60,000 nucleotides of DNA from Lytechinus pictus (taxonomy: Eukaryota): assembly GCF_037042905.1 (NCBI RefSeq), contig NC_087252.1:17486001-17546000 (forward strand), given 5' to 3'. Position numbers and translations under genes: made by a program. The notes under the pieces were generated by a model. It was not told the DNA's origin. It ran no database searches and worked only from the letters and a program-made list of their open reading frames with translations. Shown piece by piece: positions 1 to 12,448 of the stretch. The number at the start of each line of letters is the position of its first letter. Position 1 is the first letter of the stretch.

Positions 1-1974
1 TTGTAATTTTTCTTGTTCTGTGGGGTGGGGGGAGCTGATATAGTGCGAGCCGATGTTGTGTAGTGTATAGGCCTGGCATAATGTTTCCGCAAGGAATGAG
101 GAGCGGGATGAGGGGGGGGGGGGGGGGTAGGGGACAGAGATGGGATGTCAATTTTATTCAGCTATACAAGGAGCTGGAACTTCTTTTTTTCACGTTTTGG
201 CAGGATGCCAGGTCAGGTGGCCTACTGTTATGTTAAAAGCGTTGTGAACATTAAACATAACTTCCGTTCTGGTAAGCGAAAGCAGGAAGGAAGCCAACCA
301 AAATAGTTTCCTCTCAATGACAGTTACAAATCATGGATTTTTTAAAACGTTCTGAGTAGTTAAATTTTTGCATAAAACAATGTTGAACGGTTATCCAGGC
401 CGAGAGTAATATAATTTAAATAGGCAGATTAATGCAAACAAAATACAACAACTCTAACAAGTATGAGAATTAGACGACGAATGACAAAGATAATTATGAC
501 ATTAGCAATATTACATTGTTCTGGTGAAACAGTTCTGCTCATGTCTTAATGAATATGCAATTAGCTACCAAATGATGTTCTGTCCCGACTTGTTCGTTTA
601 TAATTTATTGAGTGAAATTACGATTATTCACATGGTCTCGTTCAATAATATAAAAATGAGATAGACTCATTAATGTTAACGTCATCATTTGCCAGACTTT
701 CTTCCAAAAGATAATTATTTCAGAGAATTGTATGTAAAATTAAATAATTTGCGATTTAAAATGATTATCTAAATGGTAAATACTGTTGCATATCTAGGAA
801 ATCACGCATAAATTTGTTTTTACGGAAATTTCAGAAGTGTACAATAAAGTTATGTAGGATTGTTTACTTTTACCGGATTTTAATGAAATTTTAAGTGTTT
901 TACTTGTCTAATCCTTCTCCGTTAATATTAAGGGCATTTGTCATTTTCAGCCTTTCATACCCCTTCAAATTTGGAACCGATCCGATTACGAATTGGCGGG
1001 AGGAGATAGTTCACATTCTTAATGATTTTTTCTTGAGATTGATACGAAAGTATATACAAACACCCTACCCCTTCCTCACCTACCGCCAATTTCGAAGGAA
1101 GGTAAAGAATACGAAGTTTAAAATGACGATTTCTTTTTGAGGTATTTAAATTATCATTTCAAGTGATACTTCAATATCATCTGATTATCATTTGTGACAA
1201 TTTATATTTCACTCTCGCTCCTAACAAATTATCATATCAGCTTTCATGAAATACAGTGAAAACGCTAATATAATATTCGTATATCCTCAGCATGACACTG
1301 CACATGTATTGTTATTTTCTGAAATACCGGACAGATATTAATACATTACAAAACTTGTTGGGAGCAGGACAACAAAATGCTTTGAAATCAATATCGGCAT
1401 TGCACATGCATCATTCAACAGCGAGGCAGATTTCTGAATGATTTAAAATCAAAGAAGCATGTTGTGCTGGCGTGTCTATGCCATGCGTTTCACATTTTAT
1501 AATTTCAAATCCTCCAATCTCACTGTCGAAAATTTAAAGAAGTTCTCTGCTAATCACATCACTCTTTCTAGTTTCTTCGCCGAAAACTAACCACTAAAAA
1601 AAGGTTTTGTTATGGATCAAATCAAGGAACTTTGCAAAAAAAAATTCCAACGAAAATGTACCTTTTAGAACTATAAGCAAGGAGTTACCAGTAACTCCTT
1701 GGTCTAAGCAGTGACAAGCATTGCAGGTATATTTTTGACACCGAGTCGAGATATTCACCTCATTATTTGCATGTTTGTAATTACTGATGATGTCGAGAAC
1801 AAGGACCAAAGCTGACAGGATAGACTTTTCATCGTACATACAAGAACACTTAGAAGCTTTCGCAACTGGAATGGGGACGGATTTAAGAACACTGTGAAGT
1901 CTATAAAAATTTCCATCAAATGGTTGGAAGGTCTTTGTACAGCTGACTGTTGTTGATTTCCACCACCCATCAGA

Positions 1975-2030
1975 GGAAGAAGAAGAAGAAGCAAAAGAAG
2001 AAGAAGCGAAAGAAGGAGAAGAAGAAGAAG
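1975..2030 (+). repeat. (GAA)n-rich microsatellite (duplicate at ~30841-30893)
   Basis: Direct reading of GAA triplets; gives spurious poly-Lys/poly-Leu ORFs. Confidence 0.9.
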
Positions 2031-2679
2031 ATATTGAAATTTGAAAAAAAAATGCAAGTTATGTCGTTTGTCCAGAATCCAGGACGAAACTTTTTTGTTT
2101 CATTCAACAATTTCGACCGAGACATCATTGTCATGAATGGTGTTTCACAATACATTTATGTTCTTGAATTCGTCGTGCGTCGTAAAATCGAAACTCCCTA
2201 CTTTAGCCCTTCAACTACCGGTAGGCCTACTTCCAAATCATCTATCAGGCCATATAATTTTGAATTTAATTCAATTCTTTTCCGATTAACATTACATATA
2301 AACTACTGTAATACAATTGAAATTGATAAATGAAAAAAGGATGATAGCCCTTCTCAGCAGCATCAATCATGTTGTTGCTGGTCTCCAGAGGGTGACTCTG
2401 CAATACACCCAAGACTCTTCTTTGTCTTCCTTCACGGTTACCGAAAAAAGAACTTACAAAAAAGACTACATGACTTGCGTTGCGCTGCTAGTTAACGAAT
2501 CCGAATAAAAAGAAAGTGCGTGAGGAATTAGGCTGTGATTGCGGCTACACAGTGCTGATTCAGGAAGCATTAAATCTATAAAGTCAGCACTGATCCCACT
2601 GATAGCAGAACATGTAGCCCACTTATTTATAGGAAACATTTAGTAGGGAGAGGTTGAATCTAGTCAGTTGGACGCAGAC

Positions 2680-2948
2680 AAACCCGAGATGAGATCCCAA
2701 CGTCGTAAGTTTAAATATAGACTATTGATGACGCTGGTCAATACTCAAGCCAAACCTACTATTTCTTCGGCGGCTGTGAGATCCCGAACGAAAAACTAAC
2801 GACAAAAGAGTAATAGATTCGAATTGGCGCTGTTTCTAACATCTATTACATTAAACGTAGGCTAACCTCTAATTGGTGCAGTTGTGAGACGACTGGACAA
2901 TGTACTCCGGCTCACGCAGGAGGACACAAAGAAACATAATTGGTAAGT
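2680..2948 (+). other. Putative 5' non-coding exon of the TRIM unit ending in splice donor TTG|GTAAGT
   Basis: GT at 2943. The block is conserved at ~31525-31794 (GT 31789) and in a more diverged unit at ~58300-58545 (GT 58540). No shared open frame found. Confidence 0.4.
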
Positions 2949-4653
2949 TCGCAAACGATCACACTAGAAATGAAGTCTACCAAGCCTGGGGATATCATAA
3001 CATTATTTTTAATTGGTAAAGAAAGAGAGTACTAGTTCCAAAATAAAAATTTATGAAAATCTGTCGATGAAAGAATTAAACTTGTTAGTACAGCCAAGGA
3101 AGTAAAACGTGATTTCATTTAAAGAATTTAAATGAGAAAAGAATGTCATTAATGATGTTGATACCACAGCACTAAGGTTCAGACACTAACTTTGTTATCA
3201 GAGGGTCGCATATACATCACTGCGAACTTGAGCTTTAGGGCGACACAACACCTCCACCGGGCTTTCCAGCAAATATATACAAAACAATTTTCTCATCCGA
3301 ATTCTTTCCGATCGGATTCTAAAAAACGATTATTTTTCATATTGTTTTATGTTTTACTTGTTTTATTTTCTTTAATATTATATATTAAATATTATTATTC
3401 TTTTCTGGGGGAGAGGGTGAAGGATATTCCTAACTAAAATCTTAGGTAAATCTTGGCTTTATTCTTACAAACAACATAAGGTATTCCATAAGGCCCAAAT
3501 GAATAATGAAAGCGCAAGCTTATTTTTGTGTTCTTATATTTCCTTAATTTTTAGCTGAAAATCGGACGTTTTGAGCAGTTGTTGGAATCACTTTTGACAC
3601 CCTGTAATGACCATAATTACATTCATGAAAACTATAATGCAAAGATTCTATCGCCAATATTTTGACCAACAGAGTGCGCGATCAAAAACTTCCCTGTATA
3701 CATTTTAACGGTTGTATAAATACACTTGACGGTAGACTGTACTACTTAACTTAAAAAAATAATATTCATTTGAACTTCATAGAATAGGCTTAATAGTCTG
3801 ATGCATCATAGTATTTCAATGATGCTGAAAGTTTTGAATACATTACCAAACTATTCATAAATCATGTAAAGAAGTGGGTGGAGCTTAGATGTGTTTAAAA
3901 TCTAGTTAAGTAGACATAATAACGAAAGATATTATAGTATTTATGACTTACATTTTTCTATCGACCCTTTAGAAATGTTTTTCGAAGTCTTGTACATATA
4001 CTTTGTATCTGATTTATAGGCAGTCAAAGAGACATATTCTGTACGAAGTCTAAATGAAATTTTACACTGTTTTTTCATGAACTTAATTCTTGTTTTTCTA
4101 CATTTGGACTATAATCTGGACCTGTAGTCTGAAATGAATTCATGAATTTACCATCTCGATTTTTAGTTGCCTTTCTTAGCTTTTCTCTCCACCCAATTGT
4201 TTGTATTTGTTCGTGTGTTTGTTTGTTTTTAGATCATGTATCCGTCAATCAGTATACACAAACTGAACAGTCGTTTGCACAATATAAGCACTTTCTACAC
4301 GACACAAATGATGTTAAACTTTACTCGTTTACCGTATACAGGTAGCTGGTAGGACAAAAGAAAAGTACAAGAATTTCATTACACAATTCATTGCGTTGTA
4401 TGATAAATATATTACAACTTCAAATGATGTTCAATAAGAATTGACTCATTATGACATGAAAACACTAAAAAAGAATAAATCGACCCATCCCCAATTATAA
4501 TGATAACCAACGGAACCTCTTGCTACAAAATGTTGCAACATCCGTTATAAGGTGGGGATTCCCAAACATAAATCATTCATCGTGAATATACATGTATCAA
4601 GATACTAAATATTTCAAATTAAATTGTACTACTCTTTAGGACTATTTTGGAAT

Positions 4654-4685
<32 letters not shown>

Positions 4686-4822
4686 ATGATAATAATAATA
4701 ATAATGATATTAATGCTACAACTGCTACTACTTCTACTATTAATAGTATTAATACTACTTCAGCAAAAAACTAACATTAACATCAAATGATATTACCATT
4801 GCTTCTAATACTACTATTACTT

Positions 4823-4900
<78 letters not shown>
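4654..4900 (+). repeat. (CTA)n/(AAT)n compound microsatellite (duplicate at ~33493-33732)
   Basis: Direct reading. Confidence 0.95.
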
Positions 4901-4905
<5 letters not shown>

Positions 4906-5454
4906 GTTTCGTCCAAAGACCCTCCAGGTTTTGACGAAATGGTGCGTTAGGAGCGTCTGTTTGTCTCTTAATTGTTGACTGGAACCCCATCCTTAGTTGG
5001 TCTAATTCCGATTCTTACTAATCATCAAATGGTCTAAAATAAAATCAAATTTGTCTAATACAAATACGATGCACAAATCATTAACTTTGGTCCATTGTTT
5101 TTTTTTTTTGTTTTTTTTTACCACAGTTGGTAGTCTTGTTCGTCATTTTGTCATTTGAGATATTAAACCAAACGATGTTAGACCATATTGCCAACTGACT
5201 GTAGGCCAAGTGGTTATAAGCCGATTTAGACTAATGACTCTTTGATTCTGCTGTTGAAAAGGTTAAACATACATTCAAAACTCGGTGAAAAAGGGTTCCA
5301 ACGCTTCCGTTTGGGCAAAGCCCGGGGGGGTAGACAAATGGTTGGATTAGGATAGAGATAGGGGCAAAATTGCGCTAAATTGGTTTAAAAGTTATCATTC
5401 AAATAGAAGACAGCACACATCCCTTAACTTTTCTAAATGTGGTATACTATTTTT

Positions 5455-6320
5455 TTATGGGAAGTACCACAGGGTTCTATTTTTGGTCCATTTTTATTTC
5501 TGATTAATATCAACGGCATGTACATGGTGCTAAACACATTAAATTACATATTTTTTGCGGATGACACAAGTATTTGTCTATCCCATCGTGATATTGATAT
5601 CCTAGGAAGGACTCCTACACTTTCAAAACGATCTAGTGGGTTTCGAGGTAATATGCTATCACTGAATGGAAACATATGATAAACATTTCAAAGGGAGGAA
5701 GGATAATGGTAACTGTGATTTAAGAATAAAACTTGACAATACTTTTTTTAAACAAAGGTGTCTACTAGGATCATAGGGATGTTCGTTAAAAGTCAACTTG
5801 AAACACATCAGATCATTTTCTCGAAATATAAACTACACTATAATGAATACATTGAACCTGACAAAATAATGTGCATTTTGCACAATAGTCTTTTCCTACC
5901 TGATGTGTCGTGTTGCAATTTTCTTTGGACAATATCAAGGAATGTCACATATTAAGTTCTTCTGTTGTAAAAAAGGCAATTTTCTATTTTTGCTAGTTGC
6001 TTTGGTTACCCTAACCATATTGAACTGCAATGTCTGGTTGTTGATGATATCCATTTCCTTCAAACTTCCCTTTTTATCTCGTGCCGGAATGTTACTTGCC
6101 CACATTTTCACTATGTTTCCACAACATAATGGTATCCATATCCAACACATAAGTCAAGCATTTAATATGGACTTTTACAACCCTCGCACGCTGGTGGCTC
6201 ACAAAGCTATATGGTCCAGATGTTAAGAATTCCCTATCCACGTGTAGTAGGAATTTATTATTAGTTTATTCCTTCAAAAGTGCAGTTAAACGAATACTCA
6301 TCTTGCAGGTTTAATTCTCT
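5455..6320 (+). mobile_element. Decayed LINE (CR1/L2-group-like) reverse transcriptase fragment
   Basis: Translation VPQGSIFGPFLFLININ...FADDT matches non-LTR RT motifs, followed by stops and frameshifts. Confidence 0.8.
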
Positions 6321-6539
6321 CACAAAAGCAATATTTGTTGTACTATATGTTTTTAATCAAAGATTTTTTTAATTTCGGGTAATTACACCCTGGCATAGGC
6401 CCTATTTTCTAAATAATTGTATTTTCAACTGTGGAAAAAAAATCATTTGTCTATTTGTAGTCATAATCAACCTAATTTGAAAATTCCTTAGTATGTATTT
6501 TATAATTTCAAAGGCGGGACAATGTATCAAAGTTATTCA

Positions 6540-7880
6540 GATATTGACTGATGGGGTGTGTAATATAAACATTCTTTGGACCGCCGGATTCATATTTTCC
6601 CGAGGGGTTATTTTTTCCCTGAAGCGCGCAGCGCTGAGAGAAAATATGAACACGAGGGAAAATATAAATCCTTTAGGCGGTCCAAAGAATGTCTATTTTA
6701 CATACCCAACCATTCAATATATTTTATATTAGATAGCCTGAAGTGATGGAGATTCTTTATCTAGACTCTAATTTGTAGAGAAACTAGACCTAGGCCTAGA
6801 TGAAACTAGATCTAGATCCACTAGATCTAGATCCACTAACAAAATATAGAATGTACTTACCAGATCAATTCCTTGCAAAAATTCCAATTCCAACAGAGAT
6901 AAAGCCAAAAGCATCGATAAGGAAAACAGTCATAGCGGTAGTCTACATCCCAATGAAATTCCAACCGTTCCGACTGTTCAACGTAATAACAACAAACACG
7001 AACGCAACATAATTACATAGGGTACGATGCAGTATTGCCTACTTGTTATATGTTTAAAGTGTTACTGTTCTACCCTTTTCTGGTCCACATCCTAATTGTT
7101 TGATACAAAGTTCATTTGAGGTTAGGACTGTGAGTCCGGTCCAGGTCCAGGACACAGGGCTGACTGAGATCCATGTTGATTCTGAGCCGTAACATCAGAT
7201 GCACAAATTTAGGAATGAGATATAACAGGACCAGATGGCAGCCTACTGATTGATCAAGGTTTTCCTGAGGCTGAGCTCTCTGTTGTCGAACCAGGACTTG
7301 GTCCAGGACCCAATGTGGATCTCTGTAGATCCTGAGGCTGACTAATAACGTCAGGTGCAGAATCTGGTGGTGGATGAGATGAAACAGGACTAGGTGGTGG
7401 CCTGGTGACTGTACTTGGTGGTCCTGATCTTTCTTTTGCTTAACCAGATCCAGGACCAGGACCAAATCTGGCACTAACTTTAGACCTTGTACTACTAGGA
7501 CTAGAAAGCCTAACCTTTAACAGACTATTCTATGACAAGCATAAGCTCATTGGTGGTTTATGTCCTTCGTAAACTCGATATTAATGTTTAAGACTGCTCT
7601 CACTTTTATGTCCTGAAACCGTCATGATATGCCTGGCCTCTTGCTTGCTCATCTAAGATAGTGATAGTTGTGACTCTAATGCAATGGTTCGTGTAGGGAC
7701 TTGACGTTTTAGCTTTACTGCTAATGCTTTTCCTTGTGTTCCCCAATACATTCTTACCAACAACCTGATGATCACACCATGGCACATTTTGTTGGTATTG
7801 TTCTACTGTCCCTGGGACTGGACCGCTTTCATGTTTGACATTTTCTTGAGACGCACTTGCCATCACTCTGATTTCCACTC
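6540..7880 (-). mobile_element. Decayed Crypton-type DNA transposon (tyrosine recombinase/DUF3504-like pseudogene plus palindromic end)
   Basis: Minus strand reads VGKNVL...SISSKAKTSSPYTNHCIRVTTITILDE, then after a frameshift EARHIMTVSGHKSESSLKH* (stop at 7581-7583 where the catalytic Tyr is expected). A stop-ridden Pro/Ser-rich tail follows at 7112-7474, and a ~180-bp hairpin lies at 6540-6720. Confidence 0.8.
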
Positions 7881-8207
7881 AGATTTTGCAACAAAAAACG
7901 TGCAAAAATCCGTTGTTTTCGCACTTCAACTCGTTGTCGTTTTTTTAATATTGAGTCAATATCAAAGAGTGAAGCAGATCTAGAAAATTTAGATTTTCAG
8001 CTTTATTATCATATTAATCATATCAAATATGTAGAATTTAAGATACCGTAATTTTAGACTTACATTTTTCAAGTTTCCCCCAATTTTGTGTGAGAGAGGG
8101 CTACAAATCAAGGACATCTTTTGCTCTGGTAACTTCGCGCCAAATCAAGCCAAGTAAGAAAGTGAAACATCATCTGAAAGTTCAGATCACTATGATTACA
8201 ATGATAT

Positions 8208-10906
8208 CATAGGCGGATCCAGCTTTTGGCGAAAGGGGGGGGGGGGCGCACTGCCGAGCGGCGCACATATTTTTGCACTTCACCGGCGCCATAAAAGAAA
8301 ATGTTGAAAAAGGGGTAAAGTCTGACCCTGTCAAATGCTCTTTTTAAAATGTAGGATTTTCAGTCATGCCTTTTTGCATGATCACACGCAGATAATATTT
8401 CCGGGGGGGGGGCAAGACTCGAAAATTTGGTGCACATCTCACATTTGCACATTTTTCATAGTCTTCATGAAATGTTAAGGGGAAAAAAATTGTTTTTCAC
8501 AACAGCAGATCGCGAATGTGCCCCCCCCCCTCCTTCCCCCTTGCTGCGTACGACCATTCCCTGAAGTCCACTTAAACATATCTCATTATAACAGAAATAT
8601 ACATCAATTTAAACATATAATCTTTCTAAAAACATGTATAGAGAGAGATTGAAAAACTTATTAAAGAAAGAAACAAGCAAAAAGTAACACAAATTATGCA
8701 TGTTATGTGCGATTTCAAAATCTCGTGTAATAACCCTTTTATTGCGATGAGGCCAATACTGTTGTATATTAATAGAGATACAAGTTTTTTTTACTATATG
8801 TATATATATATACACAGGGGCGTCGATCCTTTCTTTAAGATTTGGGGGGCAAATCATGAATCAACTTTCCAAAGGCGCTCGATATCACACAAAACAAACA
8901 AACTCACACAAACACACACACATATATATATATTTATATGACTCATGAGATAGAAACACATATCTCACCAACAAATTAATGCGAGCGCGAAGCGCGAGCT
9001 GAAATTTTTAGTATACTGACCTGAAAACAGGAAAAAGGTGCCTGTTTAGGACTGTTTGTAGTAACTCATGAGGAGGATACATATCTCACTACACAGATAA
9101 TGCGAGTGCCGAGGGCGAGCTGAAATTTCTTTATATTCTGACCAGAAAGCTTGATATTCTATGCATTTTTGGTACCAATGATTAAGATGGGTATCTAAAA
9201 AAACAATAGATGCGAGCCCGAAGCGCGAACTTAAAATTTTGATATTTCGATTTGAAAAAAATGACAGTTTAATGGAGGTTTGTAATAAAGAACAAGATTA
9301 TATCCAGCAAAAGATTATTGCAAATCGAAGCGGGAGTTCTTTTGACATTTAGTCCTGAAAAAGGGACATTCTATTCACCTATTTAATCATGGAAAGTATG
9401 GGGTTTTGCTACAGAAATGATGCGAGCGCGAAGCGCGAGCTGAAAATTTTTATATTCCAATCTGAGAAGCGGATAATTTAAGCACGATTTTAAATAAAGA
9501 ACGAGTTGTGTAGCTCAATCTCAATATACGACTGGTTGCGTAATTATACACTCCTGGTACTAGTAACGGGTTTTAGCAAAGTTTTGGGCTAAAATATCGA
9601 ATCATCTTACACAACACTATAGTAGCTGTCTTAAACTAAAGGCCATAGAGGTAGCACAATGTGGAATGTGTAAAGAAGAAAAGTGACCGACCTTCTTTTT
9701 ATTAAAGCATTGGAAAATAAGATCAAAATTAAAGGATTTGCTCTACGCTTTTGTATGATTCTGGGATTTTTGAAATAAATTAAAGATTTCATGACATCTG
9801 TCATTCTGTGGGCAACTGCCCCGCCCCAGTCCACTCTGTAAGGGCATGCGATAAGCTTTGTTATGACCATTCAACAATAAAATGTATAACCAGGTGCCAC
9901 TGATCATTCTTGACCGGCGCCGATCTAGATTTGGTTGGCAATAGGCCCTTCTTCATTATTCTACCGGCGCCTATTTATTGGAACCAGGGGACGCTGATTA
10001 TTTTTGACCGGCGCCGATTTAGAACAAGTAGTGCTGATTATTTTTACCGACGTCACGTAAGATTCAGGCAGCCGCAATTCATATTATTGACTGGCGCCGA
10101 TTTAGAACCAGGAGGCGCCGATCATTCTTGACTGGCGCCGATTTTTAACCAGGTGGTGCTGATTATTCTTGTCCGGCGCCGATTTAGATTTAGGTGGATC
10201 TGATTATTCTTGATCGCGGCGCCGGTTAAGACTCAGGCAGCGCCGATTTATAACCAGATGGCGCTGATTATTCTTGACCAGCCCCGATTTAGATATAGGT
10301 GGCGCTGATTATCCTTGATCGGCGCCGGTTACGAACCCAGGCAGCGCCGATTTTTCTTTACCGGCGCCGATTTATAACGAGATGGCGCCGTTTATTCTTG
10401 CCCGGCGCCGATTTAGATTTAGGTGGAGCTGATTATTCTTGATTGGCGCCGGTTAAGACTCTGGCAGCGCCGATTTATAACCAGATGGCGCTGATTATTC
10501 TTGTCCGGCGCCGATTTAGATTTAGGTGGCGCTGATTATCCTTGATCGGCGCCGGTTAAGAACTCAGGCAGCGTCGATTTTTCTGTACCGGCGCCGATTT
10601 ATAACCAAATGGCGCTGATTATTATTGTCCGGCGCCGATTTAGATTAAGGTGGCGCTGATTATTCTTGATTGGCGCCAGTTATATGCAGGCAGCGCACTG
10701 CTGATTATTTTTAACCGGCGAAGTTGTTGGGAAAAGGGTAGTTTTTTGCTGGGGGATAGTCTTTCCTTACTGTTGCTAATATTATATCAGTGTATAATTT
10801 TTTTAAGCGGCGCCTTTTCTTTTCTTTCCTATATTCGGCGCCGCTCAAATATTAGGGGGGGGGGGGCGGGGCGCGCCCCCTGCGCCACCCCCTGGATCCG
10901 CCACTG
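8208..10906. mobile_element. Cluster of nested non-autonomous DNA transposon remnants (CA(T/G)(A/T)GGCGGATCC-type ends; duplicate at ~37040-39793)
   Basis: cataggcggatccag at 8208 versus ctggatccgccactg ending 10906; internal caggggcgtcgatcc start at 8815; GCGAGCGCGAAGCGCGAGCTGAAA motifs spaced ~110-210 bp apart. No matching TSD found. Confidence 0.55.
9885..10720 (+). repeat. GC-rich minisatellite, ~25-42-bp variant units built on GGCGCCGATTT...GGCGCTGATTATTCTTG
   Basis: Direct reading; larger blocks recur as a higher-order pattern. Confidence 0.9.
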
Positions 10907-11753
10907 GATATAACATCCATTTTGATTAGTTCAAAAAAAGTACCGTCATTTTTTAATCCAATCTCTTTGTTCGTTTCAAAATGTTGACATTTTGCCCGGT
11001 CAGAGTAAACCCGTACCCGTGGTTGCCAAGGACAACCCATGCATAATACGCGTGTTGCAGCTCGGTGATCGAACCTTATGCTGCAGCCCGAGCTTTGGGG
11101 AGCTTTGTCGAATTTTATTGGTGAGTTGCATTGTTTTTTTTCTGAGGAACTGAATTAAATATACCTTACGAATCACACAGGGAATCATTTTGAATAATTC
11201 CAAAAAGAAATTAAGTTTTATTGAAAATTTTGAAGGCATGCCTAATCGCTCCCTGTGTCAAATTCTACACGAAGACGTTGTGTGTTAGTACTAGGATCGT
11301 TCCATTTTGTCTACGGTAGATAGTAAGTTGTCTTATAAACCGGCGTAGGCCCTATATGACTGGGTGTATATGCACGTTCACGTCCAGCCGGGCTGGGGCC
11401 CCGGGCCGGGTACCGAAGCAGAGCGGTGGGTATGGATATGCATCCCAACACATGTTTACATAAACACACTTCTCCAGTCATAATAAATAAACGAGATGGC
11501 GGTTCAGAGCATTGTTACTATCTATATACATACACTGTACATTATTTACAATGTAAAATAACATGCATTTCCGTGCAGCGAACGTAATTGAGGCGCGCAG
11601 TAATTTTCTCTCCGGACTGCGTACTTTTATACCCCTCATATCCGAATGGATCAGTCCGAGCCTTTTTTTTTCTGTGACGTGTCAGACCGCGCGTCGTGTC
11701 CCGAGTCGCGTCAGTAGCATTCGAAGAGGCTCTGCAGACAGGTGTGTCTACAA

Positions 11754-12204
11754 TACCGTGTTTACACTTAATCGGCATTTGAATCGGCTCGCGGTTCTGA
11801 ACCGCGAGCCGATTCAGCATCGGCTTTTTCATAGCGTGTAAACGCGAGCAACTTGAATCGGCTCGCGGTTCAGAACCGGCAATTTGCACCACCAAAGTAG
11901 TAGGTTCTGAACCGTGAGCCGATGCAGAATCGGCTTTTTTACTACGTGTAAACAGAAAGCCGATTCTGCACCGGCAATTTGTGCGCATTTCAATTACTTT
12001 ACCATTGTGACGTAATTGTAAGCGCACTGATCCAGCGTTGTCTTTATTATGACGTATATTGTAGGTATGCGTATCATTTCAGGTTTTTGCATCGGCTCGC
12101 GGTTCTGAACCGCGAGCTGTAACAACGTGTAAACGCAATCCAAATGCCGATTCTGCATCGGCATTTGGTTCAGAACCAGTTGCCGATTAAGTGTAAACAC
12201 GGTA
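11754..12204. mobile_element. MITE with 24-bp perfect TIRs and a 3-bp TSD (PIF/Harbinger-like)
   Basis: taccgtgtttacacttaatcggca ... tgccgattaagtgtaaacacggta, flanked by caa/caa; internal palindromes atcggctcgcggttctgaaccgcgag. Confidence 0.85.
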
Positions 12205-12260
12205 CAAATTGTGTAGAGACGTTTTCATATGAAAAAAAAAAAAAAACATATGTTATCTCC

Positions 12261-12448
12261 GTGTGTGTGTGTGTGTGTGTATTTGAGTTTTGTCAGACGT
12301 GTATCAATCAGATATGATTATTTACGTCTTTGACCGACCTTTAACGTCACCATCCGAAAGACGTGACCAGGGCTCGAACCTCGAACCTCTGCATCAATTT
12401 GTAACTTCCCCACAGCTTGGATTCCAGGCGCACGCCACAACGCCCAGT
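12261..12448 (-). mobile_element. Candidate SINE with 7SL-RNA (Alu-domain)-like head, B-box, Deu/Nin-like core and (CA)n tail
   Basis: Minus strand: ACTGGGCGTTGTGGCGTGCGCCTGGAATCCAAGCT...GGTTCGAGCCC...GTCTTTCGGATGGTGACGTTAAAGGTCGGTC...(CA)10. Confidence 0.65.

Noticed and set aside
1380..2510. Possible decayed coding sequence on the minus strand
   Set aside because: No motif I can recognise, and frames differ between the duplicates; a translated search would be needed.
8208..10906. Single intact 2.7-kb hAT element
   Set aside because: The ends are similar but the flanks (aatgatat / gatataac) are not a TSD; nested remnants are more likely.
11542..12200. 161-aa and 68-aa ORFs conserved in both duplicates
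   Set aside because: They overlap a palindromic MITE, show no recognisable domain, and their conservation only reflects recent duplication.
12405..12448. Bona fide 7SL (SRP) RNA gene
   Set aside because: Similarity covers only ~40 nt of the Alu-domain 5' part; no S domain follows.
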